Below are positions 63,226 to 64,000 of a DNA stretch of 64,000 nucleotides, piece by piece (position 1 is the stretch's first letter; every line of letters begins with the position of its first letter). The DNA comes from Mobula hypostoma (Eukaryota), in NCBI RefSeq assembly GCF_963921235.1, contig NC_086108.1, forward strand, positions 22,196,001-22,260,000, written 5' to 3'. Both the position numbers and the translations under genes were made by a program. The notes under the pieces are model-generated. The model made no database searches, was not told the origin of the DNA, and saw only the letters and a program-made list of their open reading frames with translations.

Positions 63226-64000
63226 GTAAAATGGAAAGAGCAGGGTTGCTTAATTGCCTGTGTTGGGCCTGATACACTGCTCCCACCACACGCACATGCC
63301 TATCTGTTGTATAATCAAAAATACTCTATTATGGAGTTTGTACTTTGTCATTCCTTACCAGATGCCTGTTCAGTTCTCAACAAAACCCTGCAGAGACACA
63401 TTAAACATTGAGAACTCTTTCAATCTAATTTGAAACCCGAGGTTTTGGAGAATGGGAAGGAAATTTTCTCCCTACGCTTTGCCTTCCTACATGACCAAGT
63501 ATACTTAAAGTTCTGTCTGTTTTTATCTGTGACCAGATTCTATACCATGTTCCCAATATAAATTCCCAATGCGGACACACAGTTTACAGTTAAATCTCTA
63601 AAGTATTCATAGTATATTAAAGAACGGCAAATATTAAATGTGTTTGAGCAGGATAGTGAAAGCCTTTTGTCACTGTGACCTATCTATGGGCTCTAATATT
63701 GATTATCGTGCAGTTCTGTGATTAAGAGCAAGTTTCAGAAAGGCATCAGTATTGTTTATGGGATTATATCATCACTGATAAGTGACAGATTTATCATACT
63801 CAACTATTTAAAGTATGTTGAATGGAATTCGGATTGATTTCCAATCACCTGCTCTTATTCCAGATAGGTTCCTGGGCCTTGTTCATCAAGCTGCTGACAA
63901 ATTGCATCATCGAAGTTTAAATTTTGCTTCCATGTCCAGGGAACCACAGAACTGTAGACGGCTTTCGATTCAGCTGATAGTTCTGTTTATTTGATAACCA

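Noticed and set aside
63864..64000. Possible fourth repeat exon after ttattccag
   Set aside because: No similarity to the AACC...GATCCAAA...AAG|gtaa pattern. Any next unit would lie beyond the window.

Overview
This is eukaryotic, repeat-rich vertebrate DNA. The mix of CR1, Rex1/Babar, V-SINE and Penelope repeats suggests a cartilaginous fish, probably a ray or shark (inference). The last three coding exons of RASAL2 lie on + (11697-11899, 18380-18467, 25410-25574) and are followed by its 3' UTR. Most of the window is transposable elements: a Harbinger element with TIRs and a TTA TSD; a hAT/Charlie element with an 8-bp TSD split by a full-length CR1 that carries a second CR1; a full-length L1 with a 17-bp TSD; two solo LTRs; Rex1, Penelope, Tc1 and two Hero (R2-group) copies. 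The most interesting signal is a second + strand gene I cannot name. It has a CpG-rich candidate first exon at 46660-46699, then symmetric phase 1-1 exons at 55806, 60592, 61758 and 63121. The last three are tandem duplicates of a roughly 1.2-1.4 kb exon+intron unit encoding an acidic 35-36 aa repeat. No stop codon is reached, so the gene probably continues past the window. TE boundaries without TSDs are approximate.
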